Below the pieces are notes generated by a model. That model worked only from the letters and a program-made list of their open reading frames with translations. It made no database searches and was not told the origin of the DNA. The position numbers and the translations under genes are program-made. Below are positions 17,197 to 27,761 of a stretch of 64,000 nucleotides of DNA, piece after piece (position 1 is the stretch's first letter; each line of letters opens with the position of its first letter). Source of the stretch: Pseudomonadota bacterium (GTDB lineage: Bacteria > Bdellovibrionota_C > UBA2361 > OMII01); contig JAYPVM010000012.1 of assembly GCA_038134595.1 (NCBI GenBank), forward strand, positions 1 through 64,000, given 5' to 3'.

Positions 17197-20100
17197 CTAC
17201 GGCTTGTCTTCGACAGGAGGTACGGGTGCAGGGGTTTTGTTAAGAGCGCCTTCAATTTTATCGAAATCATCCCGGTAACTGTGGTCATTGCCGTCAAGCT
17301 TATCCCAATTGCCCGCCAAAGAGGTAACGGTCCCGGCCGCTTCTCCAATCTTACCCATACCTTGCTTAAAGACTGTCTGAGGTCCTTCCTGCGGATCCGC
17401 ATACCCTCCACCCCAAGCGCTTAAAACACTACTTGAGCCGTTACGAGAAAGCCCTGCACCAGTAACGGCGTTTACGTTACTCTGGAAGCCAAATCCGCTG
17501 TAGCTTGCTCTACGTCTGTTACCGCCGCCTAGATTACCTGACATGGCAAGTCCGGTCATATCGGTTGGTTTTTGTCCAACAAGGCTTCCTGGATTTGCTC
17601 CATAAACTCCCGCAATACCTGAAACTTGAGACCCCCACGCGTTTTTTGCCTCCCAAGCAGCAGATTGCGCTTCAAAATCTGCCGCACTTCCTAACCGCTG
17701 ACCATACTGGGTAAGACCCTGTCCTCTCTGTGCTTGTTGACTACCCAGCCACGCAGCATCAACACCGGCTGCAGATGCGCCAATCGAGGATTCGAGGCCA
17801 GCTTGAGTAAGCTCATTTGCCTTGTAGTCCATTCCCAATGCTCCCATGCGAGTTCCGACTCGGCCACCATACTTTAAGAATTCCATTCCGAGGCCCCCGG
17901 TTCCTGATCCTGTTCCTGATCCTGAATTACTCCCCCCCGCCATCGCGCTTCCAAGCCCCACAGCTGAATCAACAACCCCCCTGGCAGATCCATAAGATTT
18001 GCCTAGTGATTCCACCGCTCCCGCCCGCGCTCCAAGCGCACCTTGCGTATTCTTAATCCTCTCGCCCTCAAGCCCAGCATCAAGCGCTTGGTTCTGAGTG
18101 TCGAACATCTGTGCTGCAAGGCCAGATTTTCGGTATGATTTTGCGGTTGCTGCTTGGCCGATAGCTTGCCCCACCTGCCCGATTCTTTGGTTAGCCTCGC
18201 CCACAGCTCCTGACTTCGCTGCGCCTCCGGCTTCTTGTGCGTTTTGTCCGATGGCTTGTGTTGCAAGCGATGCCATGCCGGCTTTGGCGCCTAAGACTAA
18301 TTGGCCTGTTACTGCTGGAACTGCGAAGTAGAGAGCTGCCATGATGTAGATGTAGTAGCCGTTTGCGAGATCTAGATCTGCTGCGCCCATGGCAGCAAAA
18401 GTTTTATCGAGTAGCGCCCATGCCATATCTGCATCTAGCTCACTTGCCTCTGTTACATTTGGTACTGGACAAAGCTCCTTAACATCGCCGCTCCCAGCCC
18501 CACCCGAGCAAGAAACTTGTATCTCACCAACGTGATCTGCCGTTTGCAGGAGCATACTACCAGCTTGGGACATTGCGCTGCCGTTTCCAATCATCGCCCA
18601 GACACTCCGCTCTAGAGTGTGCACGATTGCAAATCCAACGTCCCATAATTTAATCCAAGCAAAGAAGGTCATCCAGGTATAGAACGCCTTCCATTGCCCC
18701 GGAATCACCATCATCATTGCGGCAAATGGATATCCGATAATAATTAAATACGCGAGGATTCCTTGAACGTGCGGCATCAAAACAGCCCAGTTGTACAACT
18801 CTCCTGCTTTCGCTGTGGAACCCTGTTCTCTAACATAGGCCTCGGTAAAGTTTCTAGCCTGCTCGGATGGCGCGAATCGCTGGGTTGTCTCAGTCAACTC
18901 GGGAGCAAACTGCAACTCATTTTTTAGCATGTACAGAAATATGAGCTGTTTTACAAACTTCTGCATCCCTGCGCTGTCTGCTACAGGTTGACCCTCGAGA
19001 GCCCGAATATCCCAACCATAAAATAAAGTCTGTATCATCTGATCGATATTAAATCCTCGTGGTGCCGCTCGGAGCATCTGCCAATATGCATGCCCGGATT
19101 CCCAGCGCAGTGCTTGGATAACGGTATACAAATAGGCTCGACAAGGGATTTCAGTCGCAAATGATCTGTCCTTGAACTTTTCCATCTTTTTGGCGAAGGT
19201 TCCAAAAGAGCCCTGACCGGTCCCGCTAAGAACGAGCCTCTTCACCGACCGTGGCGCAGGAATAGTCCCTTTGTGTTTAAGTAACTTACCAAGCTCCCCA
19301 ACCGGGCTAAATGAGAGCCCATCTCTATCAAAGACGCCTGGCTCCCCCTTTTTCAGAACTGACTTGGGTAGACTATGTCCTCGGGATGACATCGCGGCCA
19401 TGTAACGGCCGTCGTCTATGCCCTCCTTCAAGCCCTCTCCACATTCAGAGGCCAAAAAGGTTACCAATGCATCCCGTACATCCGGATCTTTGGCCTTAGC
19501 ACCGACTATATTTTGTAAGAGTCCCCACTTAGCATTTGCCATCAAATGCCAAGGGCCATCCGCCCCTCCGGACACCTCAGCTAAGTTGCTATCTGTCTTA
19601 CCGGTACCGCGCTGGTTGCCAATTCCTACAAAGGCGACAAGCACGTTTGTAGTTGTGCTAAAGAGTTGATCTAAAAATACTAGCCCCTGCCCTACTTCAA
19701 GATTATAAGCCCCATGCCCTATCATCTTGCTGTACTCCTGTGCACGAGAACCCTCCTGCGCCCAAGAAGTATTAACAATCCCTACCTCAGCGTTTTTCCA
19801 CACCTCCTCCATATCCATCTCTTCGCCAGCAACGCGCCAGCTGACGCCGTAGATACTAGCGTTGTCCAATGGCGTAATTAAGAAGTAGAAGATAGGTGGT
19901 CCCATAAAGAACCATGCATAATTTCTGGGCGGATTATTTAGGGCAACCGATATCAATCCACCAATAGCTGCTACTGCGTACAGGAGCGGTGCCCATGCTC
20001 CAAATTCTGTTTCGGTCACCAACCTAATAAAATCTGAATGAGTCACGTATGCAATGTTGGCCCAAGCTGTCGTAATCATATTGTAGAATGAGCCCGGACA

Positions 20101-20223
20101 ACTACTCTCCGAGCACTGGACATTAAAGAAAGTAGTGGTGTCAGCAACTAGCGCTGCAATAGGAGTCACCCAAGCCATTATGCTAGAGAGAAGTATTTCT
20201 ACTATTGCTCTACACGGCTCCAT
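17197..20223 (-). CDS. TraG-like (F-type T4SS mating-pair stabilisation, TraG_N-like) membrane protein
   Basis: ~1000 aa; N-terminal TM pair, periplasmic region, 'LMPHVQGILAYLIIIGYPF…TFFAWIKLW' TM block, then a long Gly/Ala/Ser-rich tail, as in TraG. Confidence 0.65.
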   Translation of the reverse strand: MEPCRAIVEILLSSIMAWVTPIAALVADTTTFFNVQCSESSCPGSFYNMITTAWANIAYVTHSDFIRLVTETEFGAWAPLLYAVAAIGGLISVALNNPPRNYAWFFMGPPIFYFLITPLDNASIYGVSWRVAGEEMDMEEVWKNAEVGIVNTSWAQEGSRAQEYSKMIGHGAYNLEVGQGLVFLDQLFSTTTNVLVAFVGIGNQRGTGKTDSNLAEVSGGADGPWHLMANAKWGLLQNIVGAKAKDPDVRDALVTFLASECGEGLKEGIDDGRYMAAMSSRGHSLPKSVLKKGEPGVFDRDGLSFSPVGELGKLLKHKGTIPAPRSVKRLVLSGTGQGSFGTFAKKMEKFKDRSFATEIPCRAYLYTVIQALRWESGHAYWQMLRAAPRGFNIDQMIQTLFYGWDIRALEGQPVADSAGMQKFVKQLIFLYMLKNELQFAPELTETTQRFAPSEQARNFTEAYVREQGSTAKAGELYNWAVLMPHVQGILAYLIIIGYPFAAMMMVIPGQWKAFYTWMTFFAWIKLWDVGFAIVHTLERSVWAMIGNGSAMSQAGSMLLQTADHVGEIQVSCSGGAGSGDVKELCPVPNVTEASELDADMAWALLDKTFAAMGAADLDLANGYYIYIMAALYFAVPAVTGQLVLGAKAGMASLATQAIGQNAQEAGGAAKSGAVGEANQRIGQVGQAIGQAATAKSYRKSGLAAQMFDTQNQALDAGLEGERIKNTQGALGARAGAVESLGKSYGSARGVVDSAVGLGSAMAGGSNSGSGTGSGTGGLGMEFLKYGGRVGTRMGALGMDYKANELTQAGLESSIGASAAGVDAAWLGSQQAQRGQGLTQYGQRLGSAADFEAQSAAWEAKNAWGSQVSGIAGVYGANPGSLVGQKPTDMTGLAMSGNLGGGNRRRASYSGFGFQSNVNAVTGAGLSRNGSSSVLSAWGGGYADPQEGPQTVFKQGMGKIGEAAGTVTSLAGNWDKLDGNDHSYRDDFDKIEGALNKTPAPVPPVEDKP

Positions 20224-20241
20224 CTCGCTCCTCTCTCATCT

Positions 20242-21846
20242 CTAACTACCCGCACCAATACCGCCCGAGGTTGAGCCTGAGCCAGGCTTGAACACCGAGC
20301 TACCGCCCTGACCATCCGCAAATTTACCAAACTTATCTAAGAAGGTCTGATATGCCCTACTAGTTGCTTCCATCCGACTCTCGAATTCGCTAATGGCATG
20401 ACATGATGGCCCTAGCTGCACTTGCTCACAGATGAGCCTATTGGTTTGGGTAGCAACATCTTCACTCACTCTAACCGCTCGCGTCATGGCCACATACGAA
20501 AGGTCTCGATAAAACCAGTCCGTTTTGTGCTGCGCGATAAATCGAGCCGTCAAACCTAGTATCTGCTTAGCGATACACGTCTCCCCACTGCTATTTGTAC
20601 TGCAGTCGTCATATTGTCCTTTGGACTGATCGGCTTGAATTTCTGTCAAACCTGGAATCTCTCCGTTCTTATCGAAAGTATTACAATCAAATTCGGAAAG
20701 ATCTTGATCGACGACGGCTAATTTGAAGAAAGCTTCGATGAAATTAACTGAAACTCCGATATCTCTGCTCTGGATTTTGGTCCATTGCTTTAATTTAATC
20801 TTGACACTCGCTCTGTCTTCATCCTCTAAAGCAACTTCTTGCGCATTTTTCTTGAATTCACAGACATCCTTCACACTCTGATTAAGCCCCTTCCACGCTT
20901 TCTTGGTGAGCTTAAACAGCTTGACCCGATATGCCCGTAATTCTTTATCGCGGTTCCATTTGTTGTCATTCTCTTTCGCTTTTGTTGGCTGAACTGGCTC
21001 ATACTTATACGACACAGAACCGTCTTTAGGCTCATTAGCAGTCAGTTTAAGATCACCAACATACTCCTTAAAATCAGTCTTAAACTTGTTTAGGTCTTGA
21101 TCTTCCTTAAACAGAATGTCGGAGAGCAAATACTCCTCGCTGTCTTTATTTAATTCGTCTTTTACTAGCTCCTTTATTCCACTACCCACTTCATTTTGAT
21201 GTTTTTGGAACGATTTGAATTCGTTCGCAGGCTTGTCTTCGACATGTTGATCGCCAGAAGCATAAATTAGAGCTGCTGGCCAAACGCCCTTATTCTGCTC
21301 TTTCAAAGAGTCATACACCGCTAGCGCATAAGCTCTCTTGTGGCTGTTGTTAGATTCTACCGCATCGAACATCTCCATTTGAAACTGTTGCGATTGAATA
21401 GTATTACCAAGTAGGTTACTAACTGAGTTCATCGAACCGATAAAGCCTGTGGCAGCCCCGTTTTCTACCATCATCATAGTCTGAAACATGACGGGAACCG
21501 GTTCGGTTATCAGTTCTTTGAAAACATCCTTAATTACCTTCGAGCCACTAAACTGCTTAAAGCCCGTGATCGGAGCAAACTTCGATATCTTTACATCTGG
21601 CTGAGTGCCGAAAACCTGCGGATTATACGGGTCAACTTGAGGCACGAACCAAGGCGCATGGTGAGCTCCCTGCAAACCATTACCGAGAAGAGCCGCATTC
21701 TGTTTCGCGATCTTATCGTGTAATTCGTCTATGTTTGAGCTCTCGTCATCGCCACTTGCGGACTGCGCGAAAACACACTCAATCCGCGCCACTGCAAGGA
21801 TTAGGAATAAAAAATATAGCATACTAAAACGCAGGGCACTCTTCAT
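20242..21846 (-). CDS. Secreted protein, possibly TraH-like
   Basis: Signal peptide; 'GFKQFSG…' segment followed by helical region; several Cys; directly upstream of the traG-like gene. Confidence 0.45.
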   Translation of the reverse strand: MKSALRFSMLYFLFLILAVARIECVFAQSASGDDESSNIDELHDKIAKQNAALLGNGLQGAHHAPWFVPQVDPYNPQVFGTQPDVKISKFAPITGFKQFSGSKVIKDVFKELITEPVPVMFQTMMMVENGAATGFIGSMNSVSNLLGNTIQSQQFQMEMFDAVESNNSHKRAYALAVYDSLKEQNKGVWPAALIYASGDQHVEDKPANEFKSFQKHQNEVGSGIKELVKDELNKDSEEYLLSDILFKEDQDLNKFKTDFKEYVGDLKLTANEPKDGSVSYKYEPVQPTKAKENDNKWNRDKELRAYRVKLFKLTKKAWKGLNQSVKDVCEFKKNAQEVALEDEDRASVKIKLKQWTKIQSRDIGVSVNFIEAFFKLAVVDQDLSEFDCNTFDKNGEIPGLTEIQADQSKGQYDDCSTNSSGETCIAKQILGLTARFIAQHKTDWFYRDLSYVAMTRAVRVSEDVATQTNRLICEQVQLGPSCHAISEFESRMEATSRAYQTFLDKFGKFADGQGGSSVFKPGSGSTSGGIGAGS

Positions 21847-21847
21847 C

Positions 21848-22960
21848 CTACCTCCCCCCCTGCATAACTTTTAAGATTCGTAGTGTTTCTTCCACTGTGG
21901 GCACTCCTTTCACTCGGTAGGTTTGTTGGGTTGTGGCGGCAACAAACACAATTGTCGGGTATCTTTGTATCCGCAGTTTGAGGGCGAGTGCTTCACCGTT
22001 AACTAGCCGAAATGGAAAAGAAGTTTCGGCACTTTTTAGCTCTAATCCCTTTTTGTTGTATGTTCGGCGGGTTAGGCCCACAACATCTAACCCCTTGATT
22101 TCACTAAGAGGCTCTTGCAGGGCTTTAAGAGATTCCACTACTTCGTGTGCTTTATAGTGCCTGGCATCAAAGAATATCAATACTTTAACCTTTCCTTCGG
22201 GGTCTACGGGGATGGGCAATGCTGGTTCTTGCTTAAGGGTTGCTTCGAGGGTTTTGGAAGCATCTTGGTCGAGGGTAAGTTCAGAGCCGTCTAGATTTAC
22301 AGCCTTTGAGAGCTCCTCTCTACGGGTTTTCTCCATGAGTTCTTTAAGCTCTTCTCGCACTGGGTCAAGGGGTTGTCCCTCTTTGGGAGCGGCGGCTGGT
22401 GGTCTCATTCCGAGTGCTTCCATTGCGAGCATCTGATAATCGGTGGCTTTTGAGACGACTGATTGCATCTCTACTTGGCGTTTTGCAAGCGCTAGTGCGT
22501 AGCCCCACGCAAGTTCTTTGTCGTTTGCGTTTATGGCGGCAAATAGCCCCTGCATGGCTGGAGGCGAGTCTTTTTGTGCTTTGATAAGCTGCGGGTTATC
22601 GGGTGAACCAAACTGAGCGAGTATATCCTCGCGAGTCATCGGCGTAGGTGGGCCTTTTGGCAGACGCTCGTTTTCAGCCGTTTTTTCAGGGCTTTCAGGT
22701 GGTTCTTGAAATCTCTGTTCTGGTGGAATTGGTTTCTGCTTTTTTGTTACGTCGTGGTAGACGATTGATTCAGAGGAGTTTGGATGAACGTTTCCAAACA
22801 TGTCTTGGGCGTCTCCTTTGGCCCAGAAGCCTTTTACTTCAGACGCTCCGGTTTGGGCGAATACGTGCACAGACGACGTTGTCGCCACCAATAGGTGCAC
22901 TGAAAGTAAAACCGCTCTAAACCGCATTGTGAAACCGCTCTTCCTTCTATTATCCCCCAA
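21848..22960 (-). CDS. Exported protein with C-terminal thioredoxin-like fold lacking CxxC (TraF-like)
   Basis: Signal peptide; 'KVLIFFDARHY' and 'LALKLRIQRYPTIVFV' (cis-Pro loop); first gene of the triplet. Confidence 0.5.
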   Translation of the reverse strand: MGDNRRKSGFTMRFRAVLLSVHLLVATTSSVHVFAQTGASEVKGFWAKGDAQDMFGNVHPNSSESIVYHDVTKKQKPIPPEQRFQEPPESPEKTAENERLPKGPPTPMTREDILAQFGSPDNPQLIKAQKDSPPAMQGLFAAINANDKELAWGYALALAKRQVEMQSVVSKATDYQMLAMEALGMRPPAAAPKEGQPLDPVREELKELMEKTRREELSKAVNLDGSELTLDQDASKTLEATLKQEPALPIPVDPEGKVKVLIFFDARHYKAHEVVESLKALQEPLSEIKGLDVVGLTRRTYNKKGLELKSAETSFPFRLVNGEALALKLRIQRYPTIVFVAATTQQTYRVKGVPTVEETLRILKVMQGGR

Positions 22961-23251
22961 AAACCCTTTTGGGGTCTATTAAAGGTATGAATCGTTCAAA
23001 CTGCTGTGTGACTTAAGGAGGTTGTTTTCGTAATTAGGTGGAAGCAACAGTATGGCGTAATTACAGCGGGTTACACGACAGTAGATTGTTTTCTATTGTT
23101 TTTTCGCTTTTTTCTGGTGGTTTTCACCATTTTTTTAAACGTTGCACGTAGAGGTTATGAGGCGGGTGGAGTTTGGTAAGAATCGCTTTACTGATACACT
23201 CTCGAAACAGAGCACGTGTTTTGTTGTTAGTAACGTGCGAACAGGAGCGTT

Positions 23252-23779
23252 ATGAGAGAGTCAGTAACACCAAAGAGCGGTCGTGAAGAGCGGTCATTTT
23301 TTTCAGAGGCTGTTTGCCAATTAAGTCAACTTGTTTTGGGTCAAAGATCTCGAGCTGAGTATATCCAAGAGACCCTAAAAGATCTGTCTGGCATTGGGTG
23401 GGAACCTAGTGACAGTACGGTTTTTCCCGGCTTTAAGACAGTACTCACCACTATGCCGTCACAGGTGAATAGGCTCCGACAAAGTATCCACCGTACGCTG
23501 CAAAACTCCGGTGTTCCATCGTTTACTAGCCAATCCTACGTTGTAAATAGGGATGCTGGTCACGGTCAAAAAGTGGTTTCCGGTGATTATTTCCGGCCCG
23601 AAACCCCTGTCGTTTTGGCGTTAACGGTTGGTTGGCGCCATGGCCCTCCAAGTGAAGAATCTACGGCTAATTGCTCTTATGATGGGGCAGATCGACCTCT
23701 ACTCACAGTCGATATCGATATCGCAGAAAGGATAGGCAGAGTTGTTCGTCGGTGTCGTAAGGCAAACGAATGTGTATAA
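23252..23779 (+). CDS. Hypothetical protein
   Basis: 175-aa ORF with AGGAG RBS. Confidence 0.55.
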   Translation: MRESVTPKSGREERSFFSEAVCQLSQLVLGQRSRAEYIQETLKDLSGIGWEPSDSTVFPGFKTVLTTMPSQVNRLRQSIHRTLQNSGVPSFTSQSYVVNRDAGHGQKVVSGDYFRPETPVVLALTVGWRHGPPSEESTANCSYDGADRPLLTVDIDIAERIGRVVRRCRKANECV

Positions 23780-23815
23780 CGTGCTTAGAATACCTATAGC
23801 GATAAGGATATAAGG

Positions 23816-24412
23816 ATGGCAGACATGAATCCTGATCAACAAGATAAGCGGGCCGAAGAAAAAAAGCCTTCTGGCATTTTAGGTTTATTTCAACAAGCCT
23901 GCATAACGCTTCGGCAAGGGTCTCTTCCAGCGATTCCCGAGGAGGCAGAAACGGTAGAAAACTTCGCTCAAGACCTCAATAAATTAGTCGCCATTGACTG
24001 GACGTTTGTTCCCGAATCAAATTCTATAACTGTACTTATTGCACTCAATAAGCCTGATTTTCGCCTTCAAAACGAGCTTAATCCTCGCTCATTGTGCGGA
24101 ACAGGCGCCTTCAACGATCTCTACAAAAAAATTCCCCTTCCGCCCTACGTCCATTTAACCCACACACATCATCCAGCTGATCAGATAAGCTGTCCTGCTG
24201 ATTGTGATGTAACACGATTTATGCGGCTGGCTTTTACAATCGACACAAATCACCCGACATACTGTCCCGGTATAACACGTGCGATATTTGAAGACATATC
24301 CGAGAAGCTAAAGCTGTATACTGATCGTTTCAAAACACTTCACTCTCGCAAAAAGATTCCTACTGAAGCCTACGATGTATTGTTGCAAGATCCCGCGCTT
24401 TACTCGCTTTAA
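23816..24412 (+). CDS. Hypothetical protein
   Basis: 198-aa ORF, co-directional with the previous gene. Confidence 0.6.
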   Translation: MADMNPDQQDKRAEEKKPSGILGLFQQACITLRQGSLPAIPEEAETVENFAQDLNKLVAIDWTFVPESNSITVLIALNKPDFRLQNELNPRSLCGTGAFNDLYKKIPLPPYVHLTHTHHPADQISCPADCDVTRFMRLAFTIDTNHPTYCPGITRAIFEDISEKLKLYTDRFKTLHSRKKIPTEAYDVLLQDPALYSL

Positions 24413-24418
24413 GGCGAG

Positions 24419-24832
24419 CTACAGATCGTATCGATACGTAAGCACTACCTCTGTATCAGGGTGAAGCGTTGCTTTGACTGGACACAAGCTTCCTGCTCGT
24501 TCTAGTTTGGCTCTCTCGGGAGCAGTTTCGAGATCGCGGGGAAGATGAATCTCAAGGTCAAGCCTTGCGATTCTTCGTGGATCTGTTGCCATGTGCTTTT
24601 CAACACGCATTGTCATGCTGGGAATCTTTATCTCACTTCGCTCAGCTACGATGGCAATGGTGGTCATCACACACGATCCGAGCGCAGACCCAACGAGATC
24701 AGTTGGTGAGAAGGCTAGCCCCTCTCCCCCGTTATCAACGGGAGCGTCGGTCAGAAAAACTGAGCCTGATGGCTCGTGCTTTAGCTGTACGTTTTTTCCT
24801 CCAAGGTATCGTCCAGTTACCACTACGCTCAT
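24419..24832 (-). CDS. OsmC family protein
   Basis: 'TDAPVDNGGEGLAFSPTDL…ALGSC' and 'CPVKATL'. Confidence 0.92.
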   Translation of the reverse strand: MSVVVTGRYLGGKNVQLKHEPSGSVFLTDAPVDNGGEGLAFSPTDLVGSALGSCVMTTIAIVAERSEIKIPSMTMRVEKHMATDPRRIARLDLEIHLPRDLETAPERAKLERAGSLCPVKATLHPDTEVVLTYRYDL

Positions 24833-24844
24833 ATTCTCCCTCTC

Positions 24845-25747
24845 CTAGAATGCTTCATCGAAATCGTCATCAAAGTCATCGTCTAGCTCCTCAGCTAGCT
24901 CGTCTTCAATTGCTTGTTGTTCGTCAGTGTTGTTTGCAAGCTCACTCATCTCAGCTCCATCGGTAACAACTCCGTGTCGATATTGATAGTAGGCTCCTTG
25001 CGTAAAGAGGTAGTAATCAAGGGAGCTTTCTTTTGCTGTCTCTACGGCTTGAATGAGTCCGGCTCGGGTGCTTACGAGTTTTACGCCGAGTGCGGTTGCT
25101 GATACTGCTAATTTTGTCGCTGATGATGCTGACGAGTAATATATCCAGCCAATCGGATCTAAAAATCCATCAATGATACGCCCTACACCGTCTCGGACGT
25201 TTGATGGACCCAAAATAGGAAGCATAAGATACGGTCCCGCTGGTACCCCGTGATATGCGAGCGCTGTTCCAAAGTCCTCTTCATGGTCGGGGAGCCCGAT
25301 GTCTTCTGCTACATCGACTAGTCCTACGATACCCACGGTTGTGTTGACTATAAACCTTCCTGTATGTTCGAGTGCTTGCTCAAATTTACCCTGAAGTATG
25401 TCACTAACAAGGTATGAGGGGTACCGAAGGTTAAGAAAGAAGTTGGTAATACCTGTTTGCATGAAATCGGGGACGTTTCTTCGATATGCTCGGCTGACTG
25501 GCTCAATGGCATGGACATCAAGGGTGTCATTAAAACTAAAGATCTTTCTATTCACAGATTCGAGTGGATCGTAAGGCTGTTCAGCCTCTCCATATGCACT
25601 CAAAGGGATAGTGAGAGTAGCGGCGCTTAGCACGGCGCTAAACACTATCTTTCTTACGGCTTTTTGTAACGGTTTCATAGCACCTACCTTGCCTTTATGC
25701 GGGTTCTTCTTGGCTCTATTTTCGTTACAACAACTAGACTTGGCCAT
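24845..25747 (-). CDS. mlaA: VacJ/MlaA family protein
   Basis: 'DPLESVNRKIFSFN', 'EDFGTAL', 'GPYLMLPILGPSNVRD'. True start probably the Met at 25678. Confidence 0.9.
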   Translation of the reverse strand: MAKSSCCNENRAKKNPHKGKVGAMKPLQKAVRKIVFSAVLSAATLTIPLSAYGEAEQPYDPLESVNRKIFSFNDTLDVHAIEPVSRAYRRNVPDFMQTGITNFFLNLRYPSYLVSDILQGKFEQALEHTGRFIVNTTVGIVGLVDVAEDIGLPDHEEDFGTALAYHGVPAGPYLMLPILGPSNVRDGVGRIIDGFLDPIGWIYYSSASSATKLAVSATALGVKLVSTRAGLIQAVETAKESSLDYYLFTQGAYYQYRHGVVTDGAEMSELANNTDEQQAIEDELAEELDDDFDDDFDEAF

Positions 25748-25765
25748 CTGCAGTTTTATCCTTTT

Positions 25766-26971
25766 TTAGCTTCTCTTATAGGCGTCTAAACCATGCTTTA
25801 ACACGGTAAGAGCGCGCTTCATATCTTTTTCTTCTAAAACAAAGGCTATTCGCATCGTACGCTTGCCTATTTCTGGATGCATGTAGAATCCTCCTGCAGG
25901 GGCTACAAAAACAGTTTCTCCTTCGTAGGAGAAGTCTCGCAGCATAAAGATTGCAAATTCCTCTGCATCATCCACTGGCAAGTCGGCTAGAAGATAAAAT
26001 CCTCCTTCCGGTGGATATGCTGTAACTCCAGGAATTTCATTGAGCATGGTAAGCGCTGCGTCTCTTCGTTTGGCATACTCTGAAACGGTTTGGGCCACAT
26101 AGCTCGAATCAAGCGACCGGAGCATCTCTGCGGCGGCATCTTGCTCTATTGAGGGGGCGGCAAGACGCGCCTGAGCGATATGAAGTGCTGCCGCCATCAC
26201 TTCCTTGTGCCAGGTAATCATACAACCTATGCGAGAGCCGCATAGGCTAAAGCGCTTCGACAGGCTATCTATGACGATGATATTTGGATCTTTGGGAGCT
26301 ATCTGAAAGATTGTCTGAGGAACAAGTCCATCAAAAATAATTTCTCGATATGTTTCATCAACTATCAGAAAGAGATTCTTCTCCCGGCATAAATCAAGGA
26401 GCATCTCTAGCTCTTCTCTCGATGCTACTGAACCTGATGGATTGTTTGGATTGCAGAGCAAAACAGCTCTGGTATAGGGAGAGATAAACCGGTCTATCTC
26501 AGTTCGCTCTGGGAGTGCGCATTGATTGTCTAACGAGCATGGAAGTGGCACCAACCGAACGCCTGAAATGGCCGCAAAACCCATGTAGTTTGCGTATGTC
26601 GGGTCGAAGATAAGAATCTCATCCCCTGGATCACTACACACCATAAAACTTAAGATAAGCGCCTCACTTGCTCCCATCGTAATGAGCATCTCTTGCGGCG
26701 AGACACCGAGTGCGTACTGTGAATTTATGTACTCACTCCAGGCATGCAAGAGCTCGGTGCTTCCTTGTGAGGCTTCATATGCCACGATCTCTCGCTGTGT
26801 ATTTCGTACTGCATCAAGAAACTGCTGCGGTGGAGCCAAATCAGGCTGGCCGATATTGAGTCGATAGACATGAACTCCCTTTTGCTTAGCGGCTTCAGCA
26901 TGCGCCGAGAGCTTTCGGATCGGTGATGGCGGTGTCTTTTCTGCGCGGTGAGATATATCGAGATGCTTCAT
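25766..26971 (-). CDS. PLP-dependent aminotransferase class I/II (aspartate aminotransferase-like)
   Basis: 'LNIGQPD', 'NPNNPSG', 'DETYRE', 'SLSKRFSLCGSRIG'. Confidence 0.93.
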   Translation of the reverse strand: MKHLDISHRAEKTPPSPIRKLSAHAEAAKQKGVHVYRLNIGQPDLAPPQQFLDAVRNTQREIVAYEASQGSTELLHAWSEYINSQYALGVSPQEMLITMGASEALILSFMVCSDPGDEILIFDPTYANYMGFAAISGVRLVPLPCSLDNQCALPERTEIDRFISPYTRAVLLCNPNNPSGSVASREELEMLLDLCREKNLFLIVDETYREIIFDGLVPQTIFQIAPKDPNIIVIDSLSKRFSLCGSRIGCMITWHKEVMAAALHIAQARLAAPSIEQDAAAEMLRSLDSSYVAQTVSEYAKRRDAALTMLNEIPGVTAYPPEGGFYLLADLPVDDAEEFAIFMLRDFSYEGETVFVAPAGGFYMHPEIGKRTMRIAFVLEEKDMKRALTVLKHGLDAYKRS

Positions 26972-27076
26972 ACGGTTTGGATCAATATGCTAATGCTGCC
27001 AGTGTGGTGCACTAAGCATAATCCAAGGCTAAAATCAGAGAAAGTCGCTAATAGTCGTTATTTTCAAAAATTTAGT

Positions 27077-27616
27077 TCACGCTAGCACTTTAGCGATTGC
27101 CTTACGTACCCATCGAGAGCTTGGCCTAACCCACGAACGCCAGCGACCAACTAATCGACCCTCAGCATCAAGCAAAAATTTTTCAAAATTCCACCGAACT
27201 GGCCCCTGCAAGTCTTTGGGACCGTGTTGCGTAAGCTTTTGAAACAGAGGCTGAATGGCATCTCCGGTAACGGGAGCTTTGGGAAACAGTGGAAATGACA
27301 CTCCGTGATTTATCCTGCAATACGACTCAATTTCCTCGTCGCTTCCTGGTTCTTGTCCTAAAAAATCATTACTGGGAAACCCAAGAACAAGGAGCCCCCG
27401 AGGCGCGTACATCTCATAGAGCGCTTCTAGGTCATCGTACTGCTTGGTAAACCCACACTTTGATGCGGTATTGACGATAAGAAGGGGGCGTCCATGATAA
27501 TCGCTCAGGTCTACCTCTTCGCCATCTTTGGTCTGAATCGAAAGAGGATACAACGACCCATTTTCATCACAAGAAACATCTGTTACCCCACCGTAGATAG
27601 AATGCCGCAATCCCAT
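27077..27616 (-). CDS. Glutathione peroxidase-like (Cys type)
   Basis: 'VNTASKCGFTKQY', 'GFPSNDFLGQEPG', 'WNFEKFL'. Start uncertain (27616 or 27646). Confidence 0.93.
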   Translation of the reverse strand: MGLRHSIYGGVTDVSCDENGSLYPLSIQTKDGEEVDLSDYHGRPLLIVNTASKCGFTKQYDDLEALYEMYAPRGLLVLGFPSNDFLGQEPGSDEEIESYCRINHGVSFPLFPKAPVTGDAIQPLFQKLTQHGPKDLQGPVRWNFEKFLLDAEGRLVGRWRSWVRPSSRWVRKAIAKVLA

Positions 27617-27761
27617 CGAAAAACTCCGTATACACTCGCCGCCCAAAGACTCTGTTATCTTTCAATCCTAGCATCTCACATATTCTCACACCAGATGAAG
27701 CTCATACGACAGGGCGTAACGTAAGGAGTAAGATTATAGTACTGGCAAAATCAAGAGTGCC

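Noticed and set aside
17895..17935. Short GTTCCTGATCCT tandem repeat
   Set aside because: Encodes a GSGT linker inside the traG-like protein.
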